Positions 27,266-37,588 are shown, numbered from the stretch's first letter. The stretch: DNA of 43,540 bases from Bacteroidetes bacterium UBA6063 (GCA_002428905.1 DIYD01000100.1:1-43540); one strand, 5' to 3'. Numbers and translations: made by a program. Notes: a model not told the origin generated them from the letters alone.

Positions 27266-27814
27266 TCAACCCTGACTCCTTTTTTCTTCAATCAACTTTT
27301 CCAGCGCTTTTCGAGCAGACGCATTTAGGTCCTGAGACAGTTTGTGCTCCATCTCTTCCGTACTCAAGTTTCGAAACACCTTTCTATAATGACCCAACTC
27401 TGCATCGACCTGTTTCTCCACAGATTCTTTATCCGACTTAAACCAGTGTTTATACTCAGTTATAAACGTTTTACGATCGAAAAGCACAAGTGCAACCATA
27501 ACCATAAATGGTATTCGCGCCCAGGAAAGTGAGAGTGCACCAATCTGGAATGTTCTTGTGATTTGCGTTGTTCCGGTAAAACTAATGACATGAAATACGC
27601 CCAAAAGCAGGGAAAAGAATAAGACCCGATGAAACCATCTATATTTTTTGATGAGCAAATAGGTTAAGATCAAAAGAACCAGTACTCCAAGTACACTTTT
27701 ATAATTCCAAACCATGTAACCCGCCAACATATTGTTGATTGTCCAATAGAGTTGGCTTGCCCATAAAACAATCAGCGAAATTCCATAGGTAAAGGTAGTT
27801 TGTTCAGTTCTCAT
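27266..27814 (-). CDS. uncharacterised 4-TM membrane protein with charged helical C-terminal tail
   Basis: Four hydrophobic segments, then KSDKESVEKQVDAELGHYRKVF..EEMEHKLSQDLNASARKALEKLIEEKR. No family recognised. Confidence 0.55.
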   Translation of the reverse strand: MRTEQTTFTYGISLIVLWASQLYWTINNMLAGYMVWNYKSVLGVLVLLILTYLLIKKYRWFHRVLFFSLLLGVFHVISFTGTTQITRTFQIGALSLSWARIPFMVMVALVLFDRKTFITEYKHWFKSDKESVEKQVDAELGHYRKVFRNLSTEEMEHKLSQDLNASARKALEKLIEEKRSQG

Positions 27815-28128
27815 ACAGCGAATATACAGTCCAGACTGATCTATTTAACTCGATTAGCTTACACCCTTTAGAATAAAAATCCTTCCCTTCTCCCTGGACA
27901 TCTACCCTCATTCACCGGCTTATTTAATTAGTGACCTATCCACACCTACACTTTTTGCATCATTCGCAAAACGAACTCAAAAATCTGACACTTATTGCAT
28001 AATTTCACACAAACAGACCTAAGCATTCTTCATTTTTATATGCATTCATAAACTTCCCTCATGCTCTGCAAAAAGCACCTAATAATAACCTAGAGCATAT
28101 ACAACCTTTGAACCAAACAACAAGCGTT

Positions 28129-28815
28129 ATGAAAACTAGAAAACCTACCTTATCCGTTTTTATTCTATTCCTTTCAACATGGCTATTGAATACTGGCTGT
28201 AACGATCCTGTACGCTTTGAAACCACCACCAGTGCTCAAACCTATCATTTACAGTTTCTCAACGGAACCACAAACGAACCCATATTTCAGGGTGAGAAAG
28301 GTCAGGCAACGTTGGCAGCAAGCAACTTTCTTGAGATGGAAACCATAAGCCTTGGAGAATTCACCATTAACGATGACGGGTTCGCCCAGGTAAGCTCATC
28401 TGAAGCAAATTCGTGTATGACCTGTCAACTCACAGTGCGGGTAAAAGGGAAGTATTATCGGCCACAGAGCCTCTCAGATATCTACAAGATATATCAATCC
28501 GATAGCGGCTCGGTGGTCTTGCACAATTGGATTAAAGGCCTAACAAAAAAAGATACGTTTTACTACGCCATCAAACAATTTGGCGACGAACACCCGCAGT
28601 TTTTCAAGCAAAACTATCCGTTTGACGAGTTGATTTACACGTTCCGAGCCCGTGCAGACAAAAAACACCGTCTTTTCTATGCAGTGAACCAACCCATAGA
28701 AGAGGGATATGATCGAGTATCGAAAAAGTTCATTCTGGATATGAACATGTACGAGCAACAAGACATAACCGTATTTGGCGATCCAGAGCTAACCAAAATC
28801 AGGATTATGGAATAG
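28129..28815 (+). CDS. uncharacterised lipoprotein
   Basis: MKTRKPTLSVFILFLSTWLLNTGC is a signal peptide plus lipobox Cys. The ATG at 28129 is preferred over the TTG at 28108. No family recognised. Confidence 0.55.
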   Translation: MKTRKPTLSVFILFLSTWLLNTGCNDPVRFETTTSAQTYHLQFLNGTTNEPIFQGEKGQATLAASNFLEMETISLGEFTINDDGFAQVSSSEANSCMTCQLTVRVKGKYYRPQSLSDIYKIYQSDSGSVVLHNWIKGLTKKDTFYYAIKQFGDEHPQFFKQNYPFDELIYTFRARADKKHRLFYAVNQPIEEGYDRVSKKFILDMNMYEQQDITVFGDPELTKIRIME

Positions 28816-28876
28816 CCTTTACCCAGATTGGCCATGTCAAATCAAATGAAAAGGGTACAAATAAATCACCTGAACC

Positions 28877-28908
28877 AAAAAAGGCTCACGCACCTGCGAG
28901 AGCCTTTT
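28877..28908. terminator. bidirectional hairpin terminator between convergent genes
   Basis: AAAAAA-GGCTCACGCACCTGCGAGAGCC-TTTT: an imperfect GC-rich stem flanked by an A-tract and a T-tract. Confidence 0.5.
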
Positions 28909-29007
28909 ATATGATAAGATCGGGCACCGGTTATGTCAATGACTGTCTAAACCATTCCCAAATTGAGCTTGATCAGTTCACGAGTGTTGCTTCGTCCTGA
29001 AACAAAT

Positions 29008-30207
29008 CTACTTTATCCCAAGTTTCTTTCGTGTTCCCTTCGTTAAGGCGTCTTTATGCACGAGGATGTCCATGGTTTTGTACTGCACATAAGGAACAGA
29101 AGCATACATGTAGCCATCGCAGTCATTCTTTGTCCCCCAGGAGTTCTTTACAATGTAATAAACCGATCCATTCTGATCCTTAACCATGCCCGTAATGTGC
29201 ATGCCATGATCGTCGGTGGTTGTATAATTGTCAAAACCAATCTGACGCATTTCTTGTGTAATTTCCTTTTCTTCTCCTGGCGTATCGAACTGTGTTCCTG
29301 TTCGCTTCGCTCCAGCGTTATTGAAGTGTTTATCATCCTTACCCTTCATAGACAACGCTTTTGGATCTTTTGGAACGATTGCAAGCCCATTTCGGAACGA
29401 AAATCCTTTTTCACTCACATCGCTTGCCCATGCGATTGAATATCCACTCATAATGGAATTATCCATTTCGGCTACAAACTCATCCAACGGTAGGTTGTAT
29501 ACACGTTCACCCATCCAGTTGTCTGCTACTTCAAGCACAAAACTGGAGTAAAATGGGTGATGCGTATACGACGTAAGCGTCACGTAATCATCCATATTCA
29601 ACCCTAAGTGATCAGCAAAAGACTTCGCTGTATACGTCTTTCCTTCATACTCGAAGCTCTCGGGCACTTTGCCCAAATAAGCATCTAACACGCCTTCTAT
29701 GGCACCTAACCATGCTGTGGTAAGTTTACCCTGACGGTTCTTGATCACAACATCACACATTGCCTTTAACATCCCCTCCATCTCGCTATGGTTGTGATTA
29801 TCCAGACCATAGTTGAGGCCTTTGTATACGTCCTGAGGTACAATTCCATAGTTCTTAATTACATGAGGTATGTCGTGAAAAGCACCACCTTGTGAGAAGT
29901 TCACCGCGCCCCGCATCCGAACATACTTCTTCGCTTTATCAATGTATGCCATGCGAACGATATACATTTCCGAAAGCTTGTGTTTGCCTTTTCCGGTTCG
30001 CATCAATTCACTTTCCATAAAAGACAACGCACTAAAACTCCAGCAAGTTCCTGTGCGGTTTTGATTCTGAACTTCGTTCGCCTCAAGGTCTTTAACTACT
30101 GTAAAGTAGTACTGTCCGTCTTTCTTGTTTTTAAGCGTGTCTTGCGCAAACAATTGCAAGCTAAATAAGCCAGACACAAGCATGCATGCTACTATAAACT
30201 GTTTCAT
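29008..30207 (-). CDS. pepC: C1-family cysteine aminopeptidase (aminopeptidase C / bleomycin hydrolase-like), secreted
   Basis: QNRTGTCWSFSALSFMESE active-site Cys region, HGMHITG, and KNSWG near the C-terminus. N-terminal signal peptide from the ATG at 30207. Confidence 0.8.
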   Translation of the reverse strand: MKQFIVACMLVSGLFSLQLFAQDTLKNKKDGQYYFTVVKDLEANEVQNQNRTGTCWSFSALSFMESELMRTGKGKHKLSEMYIVRMAYIDKAKKYVRMRGAVNFSQGGAFHDIPHVIKNYGIVPQDVYKGLNYGLDNHNHSEMEGMLKAMCDVVIKNRQGKLTTAWLGAIEGVLDAYLGKVPESFEYEGKTYTAKSFADHLGLNMDDYVTLTSYTHHPFYSSFVLEVADNWMGERVYNLPLDEFVAEMDNSIMSGYSIAWASDVSEKGFSFRNGLAIVPKDPKALSMKGKDDKHFNNAGAKRTGTQFDTPGEEKEITQEMRQIGFDNYTTTDDHGMHITGMVKDQNGSVYYIVKNSWGTKNDCDGYMYASVPYVQYKTMDILVHKDALTKGTRKKLGIK

Positions 30208-30275
30208 CAAATTCGAATTTTGCGGCAAAGTATATCATTTTTTCTACCACTTCGAATTAATTCTACCAACAGTTC

Positions 30276-31943
30276 TTAAAACTGGAAGTAAATAAACGGT
30301 TGTACATCGGCAGTTTTAGCCTGGTAACAGACAAATATGATGACCGCACAGGCGATCACCTTGGCAAAATCGGGAATGGCCACGAAGCTCTCCTTCGCAC
30401 GATCTTTGATCGATTTAGGAATGAAATGAATAAAAAATCCGAGCAAGATAATGAGGAAAGGCGTTCTATATTTATCGATGCGTTCCGGTATTCCTGCCCA
30501 GTTAAAGTTTAGTGCAATTTGCTCCAACATAGACTGCACACCAGCGATGCTTCCCGCCCTGAAATATATCCAGCAAAAAGCCACAAAATGAAAGGTGATA
30601 AAACCGGATAAAGCGGTTGAAAGCCAAGCTGGAAATCTGATCTTCATTTCGTTCTTAACATCTAACCAGCCAAACAGAAGTCCCAGTGCCGATAAGAAGA
30701 ATAACGTAAATGCTAACCCAACATAGGGCGATTCCTCCAAACTTAATAATCTCCAACCGATTAACGAAGCAATCACGGCGAACAAAATCGCAAATCGCCA
30801 TTTATTCGCCATCCAGATTTTATGCATTGCAAGGGCCAGGCCGTGCAATCCTCCCCAAATGATAAACTTGGTAGCCGCTCCGTGCCAAAGTCCACCAAGC
30901 AACATCGTAAGCATAAGGTTCACATAGGTTCGCACCTTCCCCTTGCGATTTCCTCCGAGCGATATATAGAGGTAGTCTCGCAACCACGACGATAGAGAGA
31001 TGTGCCAGCGCCGCCAAAAGTCGGTGATAGACCGTGCCTTGTACGGTGAATTAAAGTTTAACGGCAGTTGGAACCCAAGCAAGGCTGCAAGCCCGATTGC
31101 CATATCTGAATAACCCGAAAAGTCGCAGTAAATCTGTATACTATATCCGTATACAGCCATCAAATTGCTAAACCCAATGTAGTCGGTCGGAGCATCAAAA
31201 ACCCGATCAACAAAGTTCACCGAGATGTAATCTGAAACAACCATCTTCTTGAACAGACCAGCCATAATAAGATAAATGGCCACGCCCAGTTGCTCACGGG
31301 TAAGGCTGTACTTTTTATAGATCTGTGGAATGAAGTCTGCCGCACGCACAATAGGCCCTGCCACAAGTTGCGGAAAGAACGTCACAAAGAATCCAAAGTC
31401 AATTATGTTCTTCGCCGGCTCCAGTTGTCTGCGATAAATATCAATGGTATAACTCAGGGTTTGGAAGGTATAGAACGATATCCCAACGGGTAATATGATC
31501 TCATAAATATCAAACCCAGACCCGAACAAGCCATTCGAGAATACGGCCATGAAGTTTATCGCCTTGAGGTCAGTTCCGAGCGAATTATTGATCAGTTCTA
31601 CAAAATATCCGGAGTACTTAAAAAAGGCCAGTAAACCCAAATTCACAAACAAACTCAAGAGAAGAATCAGCTTCCGATTCCTGTTGTTGTCTGATTTATA
31701 AATGGCGTTGCCACACCAGTAATCTACTATGGTAGATAAGATGAGTAACCCAAAATAGAGTCCACCCGACTTGTAATAGAAAAACAGGCTAAATGCCAGA
31801 AGGTACAGATTCCGAACGGCTAATTTCTTGTGAAATATGGTAAAGATTAGAAAACCTATTGTGAAGATAAACAGAAACAGATACTGACTGAATATCAGGG
31901 GAGCATTCTCCGAATAAACGAATATGTCTTTTAATCCTAACAC
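30276..31943 (-). CDS. MBOAT-family membrane-bound O-acyltransferase (AlgI/PatA/DltB-like)
   Basis: Polytopic protein with FW.RWHISLS.WLRDYLYI.LGGNR and LLGGLWHGA (conserved His). GTG start 3 nt after the upstream stop. Confidence 0.85.
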   Translation of the reverse strand: MLGLKDIFVYSENAPLIFSQYLFLFIFTIGFLIFTIFHKKLAVRNLYLLAFSLFFYYKSGGLYFGLLILSTIVDYWCGNAIYKSDNNRNRKLILLLSLFVNLGLLAFFKYSGYFVELINNSLGTDLKAINFMAVFSNGLFGSGFDIYEIILPVGISFYTFQTLSYTIDIYRRQLEPAKNIIDFGFFVTFFPQLVAGPIVRAADFIPQIYKKYSLTREQLGVAIYLIMAGLFKKMVVSDYISVNFVDRVFDAPTDYIGFSNLMAVYGYSIQIYCDFSGYSDMAIGLAALLGFQLPLNFNSPYKARSITDFWRRWHISLSSWLRDYLYISLGGNRKGKVRTYVNLMLTMLLGGLWHGAATKFIIWGGLHGLALAMHKIWMANKWRFAILFAVIASLIGWRLLSLEESPYVGLAFTLFFLSALGLLFGWLDVKNEMKIRFPAWLSTALSGFITFHFVAFCWIYFRAGSIAGVQSMLEQIALNFNWAGIPERIDKYRTPFLIILLGFFIHFIPKSIKDRAKESFVAIPDFAKVIACAVIIFVCYQAKTADVQPFIYFQF

Positions 31944-31946
31944 GTT

Positions 31947-33185
31947 TTACTCAAATCGCTGTTCGTACGCATCCATAATGCTCGCATACAACATCTTGCC
32001 TTGCAAAATATACCCTTCCTCTGAATAATGAATCAAATCTGCTCTGGCCAAACCTTCCGCCTTCCACTTCTTAATGGCATAATTACCGCCCATGATTTTA
32101 TTAAAATCCCAAACTGCAGCATCAAACTCATCAGCCAACTCATATATACCTGCCACTACCTTATCGATATTGGTATTGTGATACCTTCTGCGAATATAAA
32201 AATCACCTGGCGTGGTAATCAAAATAGACGCATTCGGACTGCTTGCTTTGATTTCCTTCAACAAGCTGCGATACGAGTCTACAAAACATGTTTTGCAAAA
32301 CATACGCTCGGTCATATAACCATCGTTGGTGCCCAGTGAAACAATAACCAGATCGGAATTCAACGCACTGAGCTGCTCATTGAAAAAATGGTTTCTCAGG
32401 TAACTTTTTGCGTACGCTCCATTTAATCCAATGGAATTGTAGACTACTCCAGGATTGTTGTTCTCGAGCGACATCCCGAATAATTGGAAATAACCTCCGG
32501 AATCACACTGGTCGAAACCGAGCCAGAAACTATCTTGCATCTCATTGAAGTAAACGGCCGACACAGAAGAACTGATCGGTTGATGATCAAAATCCAGCAA
32601 ATTGCTATCGCCATCCAGCATGCGCACGTCAAAGCTCTTTGGTGTGTGATAGCTAAACAGCTTCATACGGTTAAACTCATAGTTCATGTCGCCGTCAATA
32701 TTCGGATCTATCTTCAAATAGGCGCTGGTGTCAAACGTTGTAGCGGTCGCGCCTGTAATTCCATAATTACACTCCTGTCGCAACAGAATACTTCTACAGC
32801 CCTCCCAAGAGCCTTTGTGCCGAATCTTTAAGTTCATCGGACTATTGCTACGAATCAGACGATACGGAAAGATAAAACCCCGACCTCCGTTACCCAGAGT
32901 CTTTTGAAAGAGCTTTCTGGAAGTATGTGTGAGAAAATCGGCCTGAATATGACTATCACCGATGTGCGTGATGACAATTTTCTCCTTTTTCTGATCGATG
33001 TAATTGTCTACCTCCTGATAAAATGGCTCCAGGCGTTTAGCCTTTTGAACGATGTTATGCTCGTAATGTACCGATTTGTAATCTGGCAGAAAAACGGGTA
33101 ATATGCCGGAAGTTCGTTGTACAAACGAACCCAGCAGGACAGCTAAAACTATCCCGGCCAACCATTTTAATGTCGTATTGATCAA
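31947..33185 (-). CDS. membrane-anchored SGNH/GDSL hydrolase-fold protein (AlgJ/AlgX/PatB-like partner of the MBOAT)
   Basis: N-terminal TM anchor plus SGNH blocks ITHIGDSH (I), SLGTNDG (III) and DLIHYS (V). TTG start overlaps the upstream TGA (TTGA). Confidence 0.7.
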   Translation of the reverse strand: MINTTLKWLAGIVLAVLLGSFVQRTSGILPVFLPDYKSVHYEHNIVQKAKRLEPFYQEVDNYIDQKKEKIVITHIGDSHIQADFLTHTSRKLFQKTLGNGGRGFIFPYRLIRSNSPMNLKIRHKGSWEGCRSILLRQECNYGITGATATTFDTSAYLKIDPNIDGDMNYEFNRMKLFSYHTPKSFDVRMLDGDSNLLDFDHQPISSSVSAVYFNEMQDSFWLGFDQCDSGGYFQLFGMSLENNNPGVVYNSIGLNGAYAKSYLRNHFFNEQLSALNSDLVIVSLGTNDGYMTERMFCKTCFVDSYRSLLKEIKASSPNASILITTPGDFYIRRRYHNTNIDKVVAGIYELADEFDAAVWDFNKIMGGNYAIKKWKAEGLARADLIHYSEEGYILQGKMLYASIMDAYEQRFE

Positions 33186-34258
33186 ATATGTTCCCCGTTA
33201 AACTTGGATTTCACATCGCCTACAATACGCTTCACTTCCTGCTCATTGTCTTTATTGCAGATAAGCAAAGCATCGTTGGTATCAAGAATGAATAAATCCC
33301 GAACACCTTCGAGTACCACTAGTTTATCTCGATGCGAAACAACCAGATTGCCTTTAGAATCATTAAACTCAATTTTTGAGCCAATTGGTACATTCTGGTC
33401 TTCGTTTTTATCCGCAACATCGTACAGCGATTTCCATGTACCCAGATCTGACCACCCGAAATCAGACGGCAACACGTATACATTGTCTGATTTTTCTATA
33501 ATACCGTAGTCGATGGATATGTTCTGGCAAACGGGATAAATACGTCCAATAAATTCGGCTTCCTGTTCACTGTAAAATGCATCACTGCCCGATTTGAACA
33601 GCTCAGACATCTCTTCCAAATGCTGATCAAAGGCCGACAATATGCTGTTTGTATGCCAGATAAAAATACCGGCATTCCAGAGAAAATCTCCGCTTTTAAT
33701 AAACTGTTCAGCAAGCTCCAAACTTGGTTTCTCCGTAAATGTTTTCACCTCGTGAATTCCTTGCTGCACCTCTGCTTCTTTGAATTGTATGTAGCCGTAA
33801 CCAGTATCGGGTCTTGAAGGCTTAATACCGAGGGTTACAAGCGCATCATGCGTATTGGCGAAATCCATACAAGCATTAACCTGGTCGATAAAGCTTGCTT
33901 CGTTAATAATCAGGTGATCGGATGGTGCCACAACAACCACGGCATCCTTATCGCGTTGTGCGATCTTATAACAGGCATAAGCGATACACGGCGCTGTGTT
34001 CTTAGCCATGGGTTCACCTAATATTTGATTATCGTTGATTTCTGGAATTTGTTCTTTGATTAACGCCCGATAATTCTCGTTCGTAACAATGTAAATATGC
34101 TCAGAAGGCAGCACCTGCTCAAATCGTTTGTAGGTCATTTGAAGCAGGGTTTGACCTAAGCCCAGTATATCCAAAAACTGTTTCGGTTTATCAACCCGAC
34201 TTACCGGCCAGAAACGAGTACCAACTCCACCGGCCATAATTACCGCATACTTCTTCAT
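33182..34258 (-). CDS. manC: mannose-1-phosphate guanylyltransferase (nucleotidyltransferase only, no PMI domain)
   Basis: AVIMAGGVGTRFWPVSR N-terminus, GEPMAKNTAPCI and NAGIFIW. Confidence 0.8.
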   Translation of the reverse strand: MKKYAVIMAGGVGTRFWPVSRVDKPKQFLDILGLGQTLLQMTYKRFEQVLPSEHIYIVTNENYRALIKEQIPEINDNQILGEPMAKNTAPCIAYACYKIAQRDKDAVVVVAPSDHLIINEASFIDQVNACMDFANTHDALVTLGIKPSRPDTGYGYIQFKEAEVQQGIHEVKTFTEKPSLELAEQFIKSGDFLWNAGIFIWHTNSILSAFDQHLEEMSELFKSGSDAFYSEQEAEFIGRIYPVCQNISIDYGIIEKSDNVYVLPSDFGWSDLGTWKSLYDVADKNEDQNVPIGSKIEFNDSKGNLVVSHRDKLVVLEGVRDLFILDTNDALLICNKDNEQEVKRIVGDVKSKFNGEHI

Positions 34259-34260
34259 AT

Positions 34261-35229
34261 CTATCTTAAAATTCCTTCCCTGTTTAAATCGTGAATATGC
34301 ACCATACCGGCATATTCTTTACCGTGCAATACGATGATCTGGCTTATTTTTCGATCAGCCATCACACCTGCTGCATTTGCCGCTAACTCATCCTGCTGCA
34401 TGGTTACCGGACTGGCTGCCATAATATCTTGCGCAACCGCCGACTCCATGTCAATATCGGACTCGAGCATACGACGGATATCCCCATCTGTTATTACACC
34501 AACGAGATTGGTACCATCTATAACCGCCACAGCGCCTAATCGTTTTTCTGTTAACTCAACAATAACACGCTTAATACTGTCTGACGGACTTACTCGTGGT
34601 TTACCATTTTGACCTGCTAGATCTGCAAGTGTGGTGTACAGTCGCTTCCCCAAAGACCCACCTGGGTGGTACTTGGCGAAATCATTACTACTAAACCCAC
34701 GGCTCTTGAGTAAACAAACGGCAAGTGCGTCACCCATAACCAATTGAGCTGTGGTACTTGTTGTTGGCGCAAGATTATTCGGACACGCCTCTTTGCTCAC
34801 GGTGACGTCCAGCACATATTCGGCGTGTTGGGCCAGGAACGAGTCCATATTCCCAACCATTCCGATTAATGTATTTCCACCGCTTTTTATTAAAGGAACA
34901 AGGGCTTTTATTTCCGGTGTGTTCCCGCTTTTGGATATGCAGATTACAATATCGTCCTTCTGAATCATTCCTAAATCGCCATGAACTGCGTCTGCAGCAT
35001 GCATAAAAATGGATGGAGTGCCTGTGCTATTTAGAGTCGCTACAATCTTATTAGCTATAGCTGCACTTTTTCCAATTCCGGTCACCACAAGTCGTCCGGA
35101 TGACGATAAAACGGTCTCAACCACGTGAAAGAAATCATCCGAAATTTGGTCGTTTAACTGAGCTATTGCCTTGGCTTCCAGCTCAATAGTTTCGGCTACC
35201 CAGCCCCGTACATCCTCTATTTTTTGCAA
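34261..35229 (-). CDS. KpsF/GutQ-family arabinose-5-phosphate isomerase (SIS + 2x CBS)
   Basis: SIS motif VVTGIGKSAAIANKI..T..S.G. C-terminal CBS pair (GAVAVIDGTNLVGVITDGDIRR and QIIVLHGKEYAGMVHIHDL). Apparent TTG start. Confidence 0.8.
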   Translation of the reverse strand: MQKIEDVRGWVAETIELEAKAIAQLNDQISDDFFHVVETVLSSSGRLVVTGIGKSAAIANKIVATLNSTGTPSIFMHAADAVHGDLGMIQKDDIVICISKSGNTPEIKALVPLIKSGGNTLIGMVGNMDSFLAQHAEYVLDVTVSKEACPNNLAPTTSTTAQLVMGDALAVCLLKSRGFSSNDFAKYHPGGSLGKRLYTTLADLAGQNGKPRVSPSDSIKRVIVELTEKRLGAVAVIDGTNLVGVITDGDIRRMLESDIDMESAVAQDIMAASPVTMQQDELAANAAGVMADRKISQIIVLHGKEYAGMVHIHDLNREGILR

Positions 35230-35331
35230 AAGCCTCGTATTTGCCGCAAATTAAATTTTTTTTGCGTTGAAACTGAAAGTTTTACTAATTTAGTGCTACA
35301 AAGAAGTAAAGCTCTGGGAGGGAAGGATTAC

Positions 35332-37524
35332 ATGGTACAGCAAACGGCAGATATAAGAAAAGGCTTAAAAGAATTTTTCGGTTTTGACACATTCAAAGGC
35401 AATCAGGAGGCAGTAATTCAGTCCATCATGGACGGCAACGATTGTTTCGTGATTATGCCAACTGGAGCCGGTAAATCTTTATGCTACCAACTGCCTGCTT
35501 TGATGAAACCCGGAACGGCCATCATCATCTCACCATTGATTGCCCTGATGAAAAATCAGGTTGATGCCATTCGTGGTTTCGGTGAAAGCGACGCAATTGC
35601 GCATTTCCTAAATTCATCCTTAACGAAAACACAAACCAAAACGGTGAAAGACGACGTAGCATCTGGCAAAACCAAGATGCTCTACGTAGCGCCTGAAACC
35701 TTGAAAAAGGATGAAACCGTTGATTTTCTACGTTCCGTGCAAGTTTCTTTTGTTGCGGTGGATGAGGCACACTGTATTAGCGAGTGGGGACACGATTTCC
35801 GGCCTGAATACCGTCGCATTAAGCAAATCATCAAAGCCATTGATGATGTACCTATGGTAGCGTTAACCGCTACGGCAACGCCCAAAGTTCAGTTCGACAT
35901 TCAAAAGAACCTGAACATGATCGACGCTAAAGTCTTTAAGTCGTCGTTTAATCGCGACAACCTGTACTATGAGGTAAAGGCCAAGGGTAAAAAAGGACAA
36001 ACACTCAAAGACATTCTGTCTTTCATAAATAAGCGTGCCGGCAAATCAGGCATCATTTATTGCTTAAGTCGCAAGAAGGTAGAAGAAGTTGCTGAAATTC
36101 TTCAGGCCAATGGTGTAAAAGCCCTACCCTATCATGCTGGGTTGGATGCGAAAACACGATCAAGTCATCAAGACAAATTCCTGATGGAAGAAGTGGATGT
36201 GATTGTCGCGACCATTGCCTTTGGTATGGGTATCGACAAACCGGATGTTCGATTTGTGATTCACTACGATGTACCCAAAAGCTTGGAGGGTTATTACCAG
36301 GAGACCGGGCGTGCTGGAAGAGATGGCAAAGAAGGTGATTGTGTCCTGTTCTACAACCCGAACGATAACGAGAAGCTTGAAAAATTCCTAAAGGACAAGC
36401 CGGTTGCCGAACGGGAGATTGGCACTCAACTTATTTTGGAAATGGCCTCCTTCGCTGAAACGAGTCAGTGTCGACGTAAGTTTCTACTCCACTACTTTGG
36501 TGAGGAGTACAACGACGACAACTGCAGCAATATGTGCGACAATTGCCGTTATCCCAAAAAGTTGGAGGATGTGAGTAAAGAATTCGTTTCCATGCTGAAG
36601 GTAGTCAAGGCTACGGATGGCAAAGTAAACATCGATCATATTGTAGATGTGCTCATCGGAAAAGCATCGAATGATGTTAAGGCGTATAAACATACCGAGC
36701 TAGAACAATTTGGTATTGGCAAAGACAAAGACGCCGTATTCTGGAAAAGCACGGTTCGACTTGCCCTAATCAATAATCTGATTGCCAAAAACATTGAGAA
36801 GTATGGCCTGATATCGATTCTGGACAAGGGACTTGAATTTCTTGCTGATCCCAGACCGGTGAACATGCCGGTAGATACGGAGTTCGAAAACGTGAGCGAT
36901 GAAGAATTCGAAAACGTTCAGATTGAAGCGGTTTACGATGAAGAGCTTTACGTTAAACTCAAAGAACTGCAGCGTGAAGTTGCCCGTGAGAAAAATCTAC
37001 CACCTTATGTGATCTTCCAGGAATCGTCATTGGAAGACATGGCGACCAAATACCCCATTTCCATTGAAGAAATGGAGAATATTTCTGGAGTTGGCAAAAA
37101 CAAGGCGCTGAAGTTTGGGAAACCATTCATTAAGCTTATTGAGGCCTATGTGGAAGAAAACGACATCGATCGTCCGAACGACATGGTGCTAAAAACAGTG
37201 GCCAACAAATCCGGCAAGAAGATTTCAATCATTCAGAATATCGATAAGAAATTAAGCATCGATGACATTGCCCGATCGCAAGCGCTATCCGTTCAGGAAT
37301 TGCTCGATGAAATTGAAAACATTGTGTACTCGGGTACCAAGCTAGACTTCTCGTATTACATCGAAGAGATCATCGATGACGATGTAAAGGAAGAGATATT
37401 TGATTATTTCCGTGAAACGGAAGACAACGACCTGGATGCTGCGGTAAATGAATTCGACGGTGATTTCTCCCACGACGAGATGCAACTCTTTAGAATTCAG
37501 TTCATTAGTGAAGTAGCCAACTAA
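35332..37524 (+). CDS. recQ: ATP-dependent DNA helicase RecQ
   Basis: FGFDTFKGNQ, MPTGAGKSLCYQ, DEAHCISEWGHDFRPEY, a Zn-binding Cys cluster (CRR..C..CDNC) and a C-terminal HRDC-like region. ATG at 35332 is preferred over the track TTG at 35224. Confidence 0.9.
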   Translation: MVQQTADIRKGLKEFFGFDTFKGNQEAVIQSIMDGNDCFVIMPTGAGKSLCYQLPALMKPGTAIIISPLIALMKNQVDAIRGFGESDAIAHFLNSSLTKTQTKTVKDDVASGKTKMLYVAPETLKKDETVDFLRSVQVSFVAVDEAHCISEWGHDFRPEYRRIKQIIKAIDDVPMVALTATATPKVQFDIQKNLNMIDAKVFKSSFNRDNLYYEVKAKGKKGQTLKDILSFINKRAGKSGIIYCLSRKKVEEVAEILQANGVKALPYHAGLDAKTRSSHQDKFLMEEVDVIVATIAFGMGIDKPDVRFVIHYDVPKSLEGYYQETGRAGRDGKEGDCVLFYNPNDNEKLEKFLKDKPVAEREIGTQLILEMASFAETSQCRRKFLLHYFGEEYNDDNCSNMCDNCRYPKKLEDVSKEFVSMLKVVKATDGKVNIDHIVDVLIGKASNDVKAYKHTELEQFGIGKDKDAVFWKSTVRLALINNLIAKNIEKYGLISILDKGLEFLADPRPVNMPVDTEFENVSDEEFENVQIEAVYDEELYVKLKELQREVAREKNLPPYVIFQESSLEDMATKYPISIEEMENISGVGKNKALKFGKPFIKLIEAYVEENDIDRPNDMVLKTVANKSGKKISIIQNIDKKLSIDDIARSQALSVQELLDEIENIVYSGTKLDFSYYIEEIIDDDVKEEIFDYFRETEDNDLDAAVNEFDGDFSHDEMQLFRIQFISEVAN

Positions 37525-37571
37525 TTTTCGATAAAATTTTTAAAAAAGTTTATCGATATAAAAAGTATTGC

Positions 37572-37579
37572 TAAATTTG
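37572..37579 (+). promoter_or_regulatory. candidate -7 box (TAAATTTG) for tRNA-Gln
   Basis: Exact TAnnTTTG ending 10 nt before the tRNA 5' end. A TTTA element lies about 19 nt upstream. Confidence 0.45.
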
Positions 37580-37588
37580 CAGCCCCAT

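Noticed and set aside
37527-37557. An AT-rich near-palindrome (TCGATAAAATTTTTAAAAAAGTTTATCGA) after recQ as a terminator.
   Set aside because: The stem is almost entirely A/T and has no clear T-tract, so its stability is too weak for me to call it a terminator. It may simply be AT-rich spacer or part of the tRNA promoter region.
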